Positions 49,342-60,157 of a stretch of DNA of 64,000 nt are shown piece by piece. The stretch lies in NCBI RefSeq assembly GCF_032191835.1, contig NC_083227.1:167090001-167154000 (forward strand), in the 5' to 3' direction. The first letter of the stretch is position 1, and each line of letters opens with the position of its first letter. Origin of the DNA: Heteronotia binoei. Lineage: Eukaryota. Under the pieces are notes generated by a model that ran no database searches, was not told the origin of the DNA, and saw nothing but the letters and a program-made list of their open reading frames with translations. Made by a program: the position numbers and the translations under genes.

Positions 49342-51508
49342 TGTAAGGGTCAATTTCAACCCCAATCATCATTTATACTAAATGTAAGTGAACCCCTCCT
49401 TGTAGCATTTGAAAAAAATAGTTCTTAGGGACTTAGAGAAGAAGGAGGCAATAGCACGCATAAAGGCGGTGAGGTAATTTCAATGAACAAAATTGATTAT
49501 TGTAATATGGTAAAAAAATTGTTAGAGGTTCCTGGACATTATAAAAAACTGGCAGGAGATCCAACAGAGTCAGTGATGAATATAGTTAAAATGATGGTGA
49601 CAGTAGCAATGATGCTGGGTTATATAAATGAGCAGGCAGCTAAGTTTCTATATAATGAGTTTCCGCGATGCCCAGTTATAGTTGTGCTCCCAAAAATCGC
49701 CCTATTTTGAGTCCGTCCAAGGTCTAGATCCACTAGCACAGTATCTGAGTATTTTTCTGCACCCATTTGTGCCTTGTATTAAGTCATTCATTAAAGACAC
49801 TAAGGATTTTATCCAGAAAGGGGAAGGCATAGCAATTCACCCTGATGAAGTCTTAGTAACCATGGATGTGTCTGCGTTATATACTAACGTACTGCATGAA
49901 GAATCAAGAATAGCAGTTGAAGGGTGCTTGAATAGAAGGATAGACAAAATGCATCCCCCTTTTTGTTGGACATACTTGATCTGGTCTTTGAACATAATTT
50001 TTTTAGGTTTTTGGATGATTTTTATTTGCAAATGTCAGGAGTGGCCAAGGGTTCTCCATGTGCACCAGATGCGGCAAACCTGTTCATGGAATACTTTGAA
50101 ACGACATTTTTTATGAATGCGCAAGTAAATCCATTCTATGAGAATATAGTACAATATTATCGATACATCGACAACTTGTGTCTTGTGTACAGAGACCAAA
50201 GTACTATAGATGCATTCACAACTTGGTGTAATGATCTTCACCCAACCATCAAGTTTGAAGTTTATTGTAACCCGAATGAAATTAATTTCCTAGATACTGT
50301 TGTATTTAGAGACACAAATGACAGATTCGGCATCAGATTGTACTCTAAACCCACAGATAGAAATTTCCTCCTTCAATTTGACTCTTCCTTCCTCCTCATG
50401 TTAGGACCAGTTTGCCTTATGGGCAACTAATGAGAATTAAGCATAATTGTACTAGAGAGTCAGATTATGTAGAGGCTAGCAGCAACCTCTGTAAACAATT
50501 AGAACGACAAAGCTATCCTAAAGAAGTTTCACAAAATGCCATGATCAGGGCTCAGGATAAAGATAGGAAAGAAGTGTTGCAGGACAAAAAGGAGTCAGAA
50601 CAGAATTCGGACCGTAGGTTTGCCTGTGCTTTCCAATATTCAACTAGAGCCACACAAATAACTAAGATACTGAAAAAGTACTGGCATCTGACAGAGGATC
50701 TGCCAGGATGTTCTTCATTTCCAATAACTGGCTGGAGAAGTGCAGAACGTTAAGGGACATGTTAATATGTTCAGATATTGCAGAAGAGGCTTCCAATGTA
50801 CAGGATATGCCCATAGGTAAAACGTAAAAATTGTTCAATCTGTGCTAATACTTTGGAATAGAGTGAAATTACCATTAATGGTTTTCATTGGAAATTTACA
50901 CATTTTTCAACCTGCAGTACATCTAGAATAATTTATATTTTAAGGTGTCCATGTCCGAGATTCTATGTCGGTTCTAGAATGCGTAGCCTAAGGGCACGTT
51001 TTTTGAACATAAGTCTAGAATTCGTCAGTCAAATACAGATGCGCCGACCATGCAACACTGTGTTGATTTCCAGCACTCCTGTGAGGAGATACAATGTACT
51101 GTGGTGTATGCCTTTAAGGGCCATCGTTACAATGCTGAGAATGTATCTAAAATTGTATTACAAAAAGAAGCCTTTTTTATTCACAAATCCTGGACCATGT
51201 CCGCGTGGGGTTTGAATGCTTCCTTAGATTGTTATGTTTGTGTAATAACTGTAAGTTGTACCACATGAATCAGAATGTAATTGACATCAGCTGGGATAGC
51301 CTGTATAACTCATGCTTGGATTGCTCTATGGCAAGAACCGTTTGTGCATACTGATAAGATATGACTGTGAGCTGTTGCTTAAGCACCGGGTAAATTAGAT
51401 GCTGTGTAACTACATGCACTGAAAATGTTAAAGGTTAACTTCTGTAAAAACATACTCTATATATTTATTTTATTTATATTTTGCATGTTAAGGTCCGGAG
51501 TATAAAAA

Positions 51509-51569
51509 TAGCGGCCAGAGGAAGTGTAAAGGAAACACGAGCTTGAACCTAGGACTCGTGTTGCTGCTA
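51509..51569 (+). ncRNA. type I hammerhead-ribozyme-like motif (variant core) in the Penelope 3' pseudo-LTR
   Basis: Stem I TAGCGGC/GCTGCTA; core CAGAGGA (consensus CUGANGA); 9 nt linker; GAAA; stem III CACGAG/CTCGTG with palindromic CCTAGG in the loop; UU cleavage doublet at 51561-51562. Confidence 0.65.
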
Positions 51570-52029
51570 CTACACCTGTTGAATCACTCTTCCAAGAGGA
51601 ACAGCCGGGCTATCTGCATCTCTCAACAGAAAGACAAGACGACAGCAGATTTTCATACTTGGCAACATTTAAAGTTTGAGTTTCTACCAAGGACTGTTTA
51701 CTTGCTCTGAAGGACGTTTAAGAATTACAGTGATAAAGTGGTTGAGTAAGAGTGTTTTGCACTTATATGGCAACATTTGGTGCACTGTGTTTTTCTTGCT
51801 TTTCCTAAACTCCACACAAGTTTCCTTATTTACCGAATACATCTGTTTTACAGGCCCTGCAGAATTTACCTAAGTCCTCCAGGGCCCCGGATCTTGCTCA
51901 GAAGTGCGTTCACAAAACTGGAGCTACTGCCCAAAAGGCTCCAGCTCTAGCTGAGGTTGGGTGAATATTCCTTGGCCCTGGGACCTTCAGGAGAAGTGGT
52001 CCTGACTATGTGTTGGTCTCAGACTGAAG

Positions 52030-52280
52030 AGAGCCAGTCTGGTGTAGTGGTTAAGTGTGTGGACTCTTGATTCTCCACTTGTAGCTGCTGGAATGGCCTT
52101 GCATCAGCTATAGCTCTCACAGATTTGACCTTGAAAGGGCAGTTTCTGTGAGAGTTCTCTCAGCCTCACCTACTTTACAGGGTGCTTGTTATGGGGGAGG
52201 AAGGTAAAGGAGATTGTAAGCCACTCTGAGATTTTGCGTATAAATCCAGGGGTATAAATCCAACATCATCTTCTTCTTCT
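52030..52280 (+). mobile_element. tRNA-headed SINE (same family, diverged)
   Basis: GCCAGTCTGGTGTAGTGGTTAAG head; (TCT)n tail. Confidence 0.82.
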
Positions 52281-52299
52281 TGGTCAAAACCAACACCTG

Positions 52300-52622
52300 A
52301 AACTTAATCTAGTATTCAATTCGAAGCCAGTGCAGCTGGTGGAGCACCGGTTGGATATGGGCTCTATCAGGGATTCCTCTAAGGACCCACACCACTGCAT
52401 TCTGGATCAGTTGAAGATTCCGGGTCAGTCTCAAGGGTAGCCCTTTGTAGAGTGAATTAAAGTATTCTAGTCCGGAGGTGACTATTGCAGGAATCACAAT
52501 GGCTAGATCAGGGTGAGATAGGAAAGACGCCAGTTGCTGGACCTGGCATAGATAGAAAAACGCTGATCTAGCCTTATTTGTGATCTGGGCTTCCATTGAC
52601 AAGGAGGTATCCAGAATCACAC
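52300..52622 (-). mobile_element. LINE-2-like fragment
   Basis: GVILDTSLSMEAQI...AFFYLCQVQQL...LEYFNSLYKGLP...LQLIQNA...LHWL. Confidence 0.75.
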
Positions 52623-52623
52623 C

Positions 52624-54479
52624 CATAGAATCATAGAGTTGGAAGGGATCTCCAGGGTCATCTAGTCCAACCCCCTGCACAATGCAGGAAACTCAGATAC
52701 CTCCCCCTAAATTAACAGGATCTTCATTGCTGTCAGATGGCTATCTGGCCTCTGTTTAAAAACCTCCAAGGAAGGAGAGCCCATCACCTCCCGAGGAAGC
52801 CCGTTCCACTGAGGAATTGCTCTGTCAGGAAGATCTTCCTAATGTTGAGCTGGAAACTCTTTTGATTTAATTTCAACCCATAAGTTCTGGTCCTACCTTC
52901 TGGGGCCACAGAAAACAATCCCACACCATCTATATGACAGCCCTTTAAGTGCTTGAAGATGGTGATCATATCACCTCTCAACTGCCTCTTCCCCAGGCTA
53001 AACATACCCAGCTCCTTCAACCTTTCTCCATAGGACTTGGTCTCCAGACCCCTCAGCATCTTCGTCACCCTCCTTTGGGCCTGTTCCAGCTTGTCTATAT
53101 CCTTTTTAAAATGCGGTGCCCAAAACTGAACAGGTGAGGTCTTACCAGAGCAGAGTAAAGCAATACCATCACTTCACGTGATCTGGACACTATACTTCTG
53201 TTGATACAGCTCAAAATTGCATTTGCCTTTTTAGACACCACATCACGCTGTTGACTCATGTTCAGCATATAATCCACTAAGACCCCTAGATCCTTTTTGC
53301 CACTGCTAAGTACCCCCCATTCTATAACCATGCATTGGATTTTTCCTACATGCATAATTTTATATTTATCCCTGTTAAAATTCATGTTATTGGTTTTAGC
53401 CCAGTTTTTCAGCCTGTCAAGGTCACCCTGTATCCTGTTTCTGTCTTCTCCTGTATTTCCAGCCCCTCCCAATTTAGCATCATCTACAAATTTAATAAGC
53501 ATTCCCTCTATTCCTTCATCCAAATCATTTATAAAGATCCTGAACAAAACAGGTCCCAGGACAGATCCTTCAGGCACTCCACTTGTCACTCCTCAAGAGG
53601 ATGAGGAACCATTCACAAGCACTCTTTGGGTGCAACCTGTCAACCAGTTACAGATCCACCTAATGGTAACAGAATCTAAACCACATTTTACCAACTTGTC
53701 AACAAAAATAGTATGTGGAGCCTTATCAAAAGCCTTACTGAAATCAAAGTAAACTATGTCTACAGCATCCCCCTGATCCAGCAAGGTAGTCACTTTCTCA
53801 AAAAAAGAGATCAGGTTAGTTTGACATGACTTGTTCTTGAGAAACCCATGCTGGCTCTTAGTAATCACAGCTATCCTTTCTAAATGTTTCAGAACTGACT
53901 GATTTGTTCTAAAACTTTTCCAGGTATAGACGTCAAGCTGATGGGTTGGTAGTTTCCTGGATCCTTCTTTTTCCCCTTCTTGAAGATGGGGACAACATTC
54001 GCCCGCCTCCTATCTTCCAGCACCTCTCCTGTTCTCCAAGAATTCTCAAAAATAATAGCCAGAGGCCCAGAAATTACATCCGTGAGCTCTTTTAGAACCC
54101 TTGAATGCAGTTCATCTAGCCTCGAGGACTTAGTTTCATTTAACCTGATCCCAGGTTGGAACTTTATACCCTCATTATATGTTCTGTTTTTGTCATGTTG
54201 AACACTGTTTCCTTCAGAACTGAGGAAAAGTAGGAATTGAGCAGTTCTGCCTTTTCTTCATTACCTGTTACAATTTCACTTTCCTGCCCTCGCAATGGGC
54301 CTACCACGTCCTTGCTCTTTTTCTTACTCTGAACATAAGAAAGGAACCCTTTTTTGTTGTTTTTAGCATCTTTGGCCAGCCTAAGCTCATACTGAGATTT
54401 AGCTTTCCTAACATTTTCTCTGCAAGCACTGGTGATTTGTTTATATTTATCCCTGGTTATAAGGCCCTCCTTCCAGTTC
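52624..54479 (-). mobile_element. CR1 LINE fragment
   Basis: QHGFLKNKSCQTNLISFF, TSGVPEGSVLGPVLF, KFVDDAKLGG; CATAGAATCATAGA tail at 52624. Confidence 0.92.
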
Positions 54480-54830
54480 CTAAAGGAGACTCTTTACTGT
54501 TGGTGCTGGTATTAAAGGAGCATTATCCCGAGTCGGGAGCTGGATACTCAATCTCAGATTCCCTTCCCGAGCCACAGGACCTCTGTCTTTGGTGGATTTA
54601 ACTTCAGCCTGCTCTGTTTCAGCCAAAGCATCCAATCCTTTTGTCAGATTTTCTGAGGTGGTACCTGGCCAGCCACCCATCAACAGATATAGATGGGTGT
54701 TATCAGCATACTGGTGACAACCCAGCTTGAAACTCTGCACCAGCATGGTGAGGAGGTGCTTACAGATGTTAAACAGCATTGGGGAGAGTCGTGCATCTTC
54801 TGTCCCAGTACAGCATAGCTCTTTCTCACA
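54480..54830 (-). mobile_element. LINE-2-like RT fragment between two CR1s
   Basis: LSPMLFNIC...HQYADNTHLY...KSTK. Confidence 0.7.
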
Positions 54831-54831
54831 A

Positions 54832-54976
54832 ATAAGAACATAAGAGAAGCCATGTTGGATCAGGCCAATGGCCCATCCAGTCCAACACTCTGTGTCACAT
54901 AAGAACATAAGAGAAGCCCTGTTGGATCAGGCCAATGGCCCATCCAGTCCAACACTCTGTGTCACACAGTGGCCAA

Positions 54977-55034
<58 letters not shown>

Positions 55035-56170
55035 TGTGGCTAATAGCCACTGATGGACCTCTGCTCCGTATTTTTATCTAAACCCCTCTTGAAGGTGGCC
55101 ATGCTTGTGGCCGCCACCACCTCCTGTGGCAGTGAATTCCACATGTTAATCACCCTTTGGGTGAAGAAGTACTTCCTTTTATCCGTTTTAACCTGTCTGC
55201 GCCGCAATTTCATCGAATGCCCACGAGTTCTTGTATTGTGAGAAAGGGAGAAAAGTACCTCTTTCTCTACTTTCTCCATCCCATGCATTATCTTGTAAAC
55301 CTCTATCATGTCACCCCGCAGTCGACATTTCTCCAAGCTAAAGAGTCCAAAGCGTTTCAACCTTTCTTCATAGGGAAAGTGTGCCAGCCCTTTAATCATT
55401 CTGGTTGCCCTTTTCTGGACTTTCTCCAATGCTATAATATCCTTTTTGAGGTGCGGCAACCAGAACTGCACACAGTACTCCAAATGAGAGCGCGCCATCG
55501 ATTTATACAGGGGCATTATGATACTGGCTGATTTGTTTTCAATTCCCTTCCTAATAATTCCCAGCATGGCGTTGGCCTTTTTTATTGCAAACGCACACTG
55601 TCTTGACATTTTCAGTGAGTTATCTACCACGACCCCAAGATCTTTCTCTTGGTCAGTCTCTGCCAGTTCACACCCCATCAACTTGTATTTGTAGCTGGGA
55701 TTCTTGGCTCCAATGTGCATTACTTTGCACTTGGCCACACTGAACTGCATCTGCCACGTTGACGCCCACTCACCCAGCCTCAACAGGTCCCTTTGGAGTT
55801 CCTCACAATCCTCTCTGGTTCTCACTACCCTGAACAATTTAGTGACATCCACAAACTTAGCCACTTCACTGCTCACTCCCAACTCTAAATCATTTATGAA
55901 CACGATAAAGAGCATGGGACCCAGTACCGAGCCCTGCGGCACCCCACTGCTTACCGTCCTCCACTGCAAAGACTGCCCATTTATACTCACTCTCTGCTTC
56001 CTATTACTCAGCCAGTTTTTGATCCACAAGAGGACCTGTCCTTTTACTCCATGACTCTCAAGCTTTCTAAGGAGCCTTTGATGAGGAACTTTATCAAAAG
56101 CTTTCTGGAAGTCAAGGTAAACAACATCTATCGGGTCTCCTTTGTCCACGTGTTTGTTCACCCCCTCAAA
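54832..56170 (-). mobile_element. young CR1 LINE 3' fragment with an open 373 aa RT reading frame
   Basis: ORF 55040-56161 has no stops (YLDFQKAFDKVPH, GVPQGSVLGP, FVDVTKL). The 67 bp 3' end is duplicated (54832-54898, 54899-54965), followed by (TA)n(CA)n. Confidence 0.95.
54983..55035. repeat. (TA)n(CA)n microsatellite inside a CR1 3'UTR
   Basis: Direct reading of the sequence. Confidence 0.95.
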
Positions 56171-56832
56171 GAAAGAATACTTGTTATTATTTTCATTTCT
56201 TTCCTTGGAATCTTGCCCTTCCTTAAGAAAATTCAGGTGATGAAGATGGGATTATCTGTTTTAACTAAACAGCTAACCAATCTGTGAGGTAAATACAGCT
56301 GTCTCTTCTTTGCCCAAAGCTGCCCAGTGAGAGCATTTTTACACAGTGACCCAGATTTGTCTTCTGATTTTATTTTCAATAGGGAGCTGCGGTTGATCCT
56401 GCCTTCCTGAAGATAACAGTGAATGCACATGTTTGTCATATTCGCAACTTACATTTTAAAAGAATGTTCATAAACATGTCAGGTGTACATTTTTTAAAAG
56501 ATGAGGCACCCCTTAGCTTCTACATCTGAACAGGAATTTCAGTTTAGAGTTTTGCAATCCAAGTTTACCATTGTCCAATAAATCACACTAATTAGGATGA
56601 TTTAGTTTCTCAATATGAGGCGGCACCTTCCACAACTGATGGACAAACCTTATGCCTCGAATGAAACTGCACTCCATGGTCTCAGCCTCTGACCCTCAAT
56701 CCAAATGTTTAAACTCTGCCGACAGAGTAGTAGCTAGACCAGTAACCCTACCCTTTTGTCCCAGCAGCCCAAAAATTCATGGTGCAGAGGGAGATCTAGC
56801 TGCATTCTTTCCCCAGTATCAGCTCACAAGGT

Positions 56833-57505
56833 TAGGGTTGCCAAGTCCAATTCAAGAAATATCTGGTGGAGCGAGGAGACTTGAACATATATGAACATAC
56901 GAAGCTGCCTTATACTGAATCAGACCGTCGGTCCATCAAAGTCAGTATTGTCTTCTCAGACTGGCAGCGGCTCTCCGGGGTCTCAAGCTGAGATTTTTCA
57001 CACCTCCTTGCCTGGACTTCGGGGGTGGAGCCAGGAGACTTCGGGGGTGGAGCCAGGAGACTTTGGGGGTGGAGCCAAGATCAAGGCTGTGACAAGCATA
57101 ATTGAATTCCAAAGGGAGTTCTGGCCCTCACATTTCAAGGGACTGCACATCTTTTCAATGCCTTCCTTCCATAGGAAATAATGAAGGATAGGGGCACCTT
57201 CTTTGGGGGCTCATAGAATTGGACCCCCTGGTCCAATCATTTTGAAACTTGGGGGGTATTTTGGGGAGCGGCACTAGATGCTATGCTGAAAATTTGGTGC
57301 CTCTGCCTCAAAAAAAACACAGCCCCCCCAGAGCCCCAGATAACCGTGGATCAATTCTCCATTATTTTCTATGGGAATAAGTCTCCCTGGGGAATAATGG
57401 AGTGTCCAGCAGACCCTTCCCCCGCTTTCTGACGGCCCTGGAGCGGGGGGGGGGGGCCTCCAACCCGGGGGATCCCCTGCCCCCACCTGGGGATTGGCAA
57501 CCCTC
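56833..57505. mobile_element. non-autonomous DNA transposon (TAGGGTTGCC TIR family) with nested tRNA-SINE 3' body at ~56890-57012
   Basis: TAGGGTTGCCAA ... TTGGCAACCCT termini; 22 bp GGGGGTGGAGCCAGGAGACTT minisatellite; closely similar to 62266-62780. No TSD found. Confidence 0.75.
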
Positions 57506-57960
57506 GCTGCCCTTCAGTGCAGCAAACCCAGTCCTGGAGAGAAGCCGCCGAGCCCTCGGCACTACCTGGTAAGGGGGCGGCGGGGCTTGATCCCCAGGCC
57601 CGAGGCTCGCTCCGTCGCCCGTGGAGTCGTTGAGCAGCGAGAGGTCGTCCGCCGCCTGCGAGGAAAGGCAGCCCCCCATGCCCCCCACCCCCGCTCGGGC
57701 CGCAGCCGCCACCGGGACAGACCCGGGCGGCCTCCGTCGCCAGCTCCGGAAGAGTGCGCGGGGCTCGTCGGGAGTTGTAGTTCGGCTACCCAGCACTCCG
57801 CGCTTGCGCACTGTCAAGCGGGGCTGCAGGGCAATGGGAGGGCGAGAAAGGCAGCCTGTTAAGACACACACACACACACACCCCACGTTCGCTTTCTAGG
57901 AGAAGCTGCACGACAGGCGCCGTCTCAGAGGGCGCGTTCTTTGCTTTCATTGCTTCGTTT
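57506..57960 (-). promoter_or_regulatory. CpG island/promoter of the RNF11-like gene
   Basis: High CpG around exon 1. GGGAGTTGTAGT (reverse ACTACAACTCCC, ZNF143/SBS-like) at 57770-57781, CCGGAAG ETS-like site, (CA)n at ~57864-57882. Confidence 0.7.
57566..57679 (-). CDS. RNF11-like RING-H2 protein, exon 1
   Basis: MGGCLSSQAADDLSLLNDSTGDGASLGPGDQAPPPPYQ has Gly2/Cys4, an acidic dileucine DDLSLL and a PPxY motif. 114 nt, donor CAG|GTAG. The N-terminus differs from canonical RNF11 (MGNCLKSP), so it is treated as a paralog. Confidence 0.9.
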
Positions 57961-58129
57961 TAATGTAGGGTTTCATATACTGTAGAGTTAAGGGTTACAA
58001 TGTCAGTTGTTCATTTGCAGTGATCTCTCGGGCTTCAGGCCAGGGTGGTCTTCCTCCCATCGAAGTAAATAGCAAAAGGAAAGTGATTCCGACGAAGAGA
58101 GCTTTGACCCTCGAAAGTCTTGAACCTAT

Positions 58130-58960
58130 GAAGCTGCCTTCTACTGAATCAGACCCTCCTGGGTCCATCAAAGTCAGTCTTGTCTACTCAGACTGGCAGC
58201 GGCTCTCCAGGGTCTCAAGGAGGTTTTTCACGCCTATTTACCTGGACCCTTTTGAGTTGGAGATGCCAGAGATTGAACCTGGGACCTTCTGCTACTAAGC
58301 AGATGCTCTGCCACTGAGCCACCGTCCCTCCATCACCTACTGCCTGGACCCTTTTGAGTTGGAGATGCCAGAGATTGAACCTGGGACCTTCTGCTTACCA
58401 AGCAGCTGCTCAGCCACTGAGCCACCGTCCCTCCATCACCTACTGCCTGGACCCTTTTGAGTTGGAGATGCCAGAGATTGAACCTGGGACCTTCTGCTAC
58501 CAAGCAGATGCTCTGCCACTGAGCCACCGTCCCTCCATCTCCATCACCTACTGCCTGCACCCTTTTGAGTTGGAGATGCCGGGGATTGAACCTGGGACCT
58601 TCTGCTTCCCAAGCAGATGCTCTGCCACTGAGCCACCGTCCCTCCATCACCTACTGCCTGGACCCTTTTTAGTTGGAGATGCCAGAGATTGAACCTGGGA
58701 CCTTCTGCTACCAAGCAGATGCTCTGCCACTGAGCCACCGTCCCTCCATCTCCATCACTTACTGCCTGGACCCTTTTGAATTGGAGATGCTGGGGATTGA
58801 ACCTGGGACCTTCTGCTTCCCAAGCAGATGCTCAGCCACTGAGCCACCGTCCCTCCATCACCTACTGCCTGGATCCTTTTTAGTTGGAGATGCCAGAGAT
58901 TGAACCTGGGACCTTCTGCTACCAAGCAGATGCTCTGCCACTGAGCCACCGTCCCTCCTC
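58130..58960 (-). repeat. tandem array of 7 tRNA-Ala-derived SINE heads plus one 3' body
   Basis: Units start at 58241, 58343, 58446, 58554, 58657, 58765, 58868 (periods 102,103,108,103,108,103). Each has A box TGGCTCAGTGG and B box GGTTCAATCC/T. Confidence 0.9.
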
Positions 58961-59514
58961 CACCGTCCGTCTTGGTCTCTATGGTACCACAGGACTTTAA
59001 TCTAGCTCTCCTACTGCAGACCCAGGGCCAACGTATCCATTAGGCACAGCAAGCACAGTGCTAGGGCCCAGATAGTTTCCGGGTCAATGCAAATGTTTTA
59101 ATTTATAGTCCGGGGGTGGGGGGAGAGAGCATTTAGGGTAAATAAAAAGTTTAATTTTTCTCTCACATCAGAAAAAAATGAAATGTTTAGGGCTCACTAC
59201 AATTATTAGATTTTGCCTGAAACAGGGAAAAAAATGTTGAAGTATTTAAAGGTATATCCAGAATAATTTAAAATGTTTTTTTTTAATGGAAGGGAGCAGG
59301 CCCACAAAGGCCTAAGGCCCACGAAAGTCATAATGGTTTTTACACCCTGCTATTCTCTACTTTTTAAGGAGTTTCATAGTGGTTTGTAATCTCCTTCCCT
59401 TTGTCTCCCCACAACAGCCAGCTAGTGACACAGGTGGGACTGAGAGAGTTATGAGAGATGGTCCCAGGAAACTCACATGCGGACAAGTGAGGAATCAAAC
59501 CAGGTTCACCAGAT

Positions 59515-59790
59515 TCGATGAGGAGGAGATGAAGAAGAGAAGGAGGAGGAGACTGGATTTATACCCCGTTGCTTATAATCTCCTTTCCCTTCCCCTCCTC
59601 AAAACAAACACCCTGTGAGATAGGTGGAGCTGAGAGAGCTCTGACAGAAACTACTCTTTGAGAGAAACAGCTCTGTGAGAACTTGTTGTTGACTCAAGGT
59701 CACATCAGCAGGTATATGTGGAGGAGTGGGGAATCAAACCCAGTTCTTCCAGATTAGAATCCATGCACTTAACCATTACACCAAACTGGT
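59515..59790 (-). mobile_element. tRNA-headed SINE (same family, diverged)
   Basis: Ends CTTAACCATTACACCAAACTGG on plus; GAAGAAGAG/AGGAGG tail. Confidence 0.8.
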
Positions 59791-60157
59791 TTTCAGCATC
59801 TGCACAGGCACTTGTCTCTTGCTTATGTGCCACTAAAATAAATGCAAGAACAAATCACCCAAAGATAAGCTAATCGAAGGTGAATAATAGCAAGTGTGTC
59901 TGCCACTAACCTGAATAGCATCATTTACTGCATCTTCTACGCACTGAACCCACTATAAAATCTGTCATAATCAATATGGATAGCAAATGCAGGCCACCCC
60001 TTTTCCTGGGAAATAAACCGTAGCATATCCAAACAAAACTACACAACTTCTATAACTGTATGTCAAAGGCAACAACATTCTCATTACCATCAGAAGATTC
60101 AGTTGCAGGGCAAAATATTGCTTGACAAGGCCTGAAGATTGTTGGCTGTGTGACAGG

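Larger units (their letters stand above)
46388..51835 (+). mobile_element. Penelope-like retroelement (Neptune type; RT + zinc-finger linker + GIY-YIG), degenerate, with inverted 5' pseudo-LTR
   Basis: 14 bp TSD AATACATCTGTTTT (46374-46387, 51836-51849). ORF remnants from 46984: MSMFNYLFSFSEADK, MDVSALYTNV, FYLQMSGVAKGSPCAP, YRYIDN, INFLD, CSIC, IIYILRCPCPRFYVG. 46389-46931 is an inverted copy of 51210-51746. Confidence 0.9.

Noticed and set aside
48104-49372. 422 aa ORF as a host gene; likewise the 373 aa ORF at 55040-56161
   Set aside because: They are L1 ORF2 and CR1 ORF2 fragments bounded by TSD/polyA or a CR1 tail. The annotated start of the 422 aa ORF lies outside the L1, in flanking Penelope sequence.
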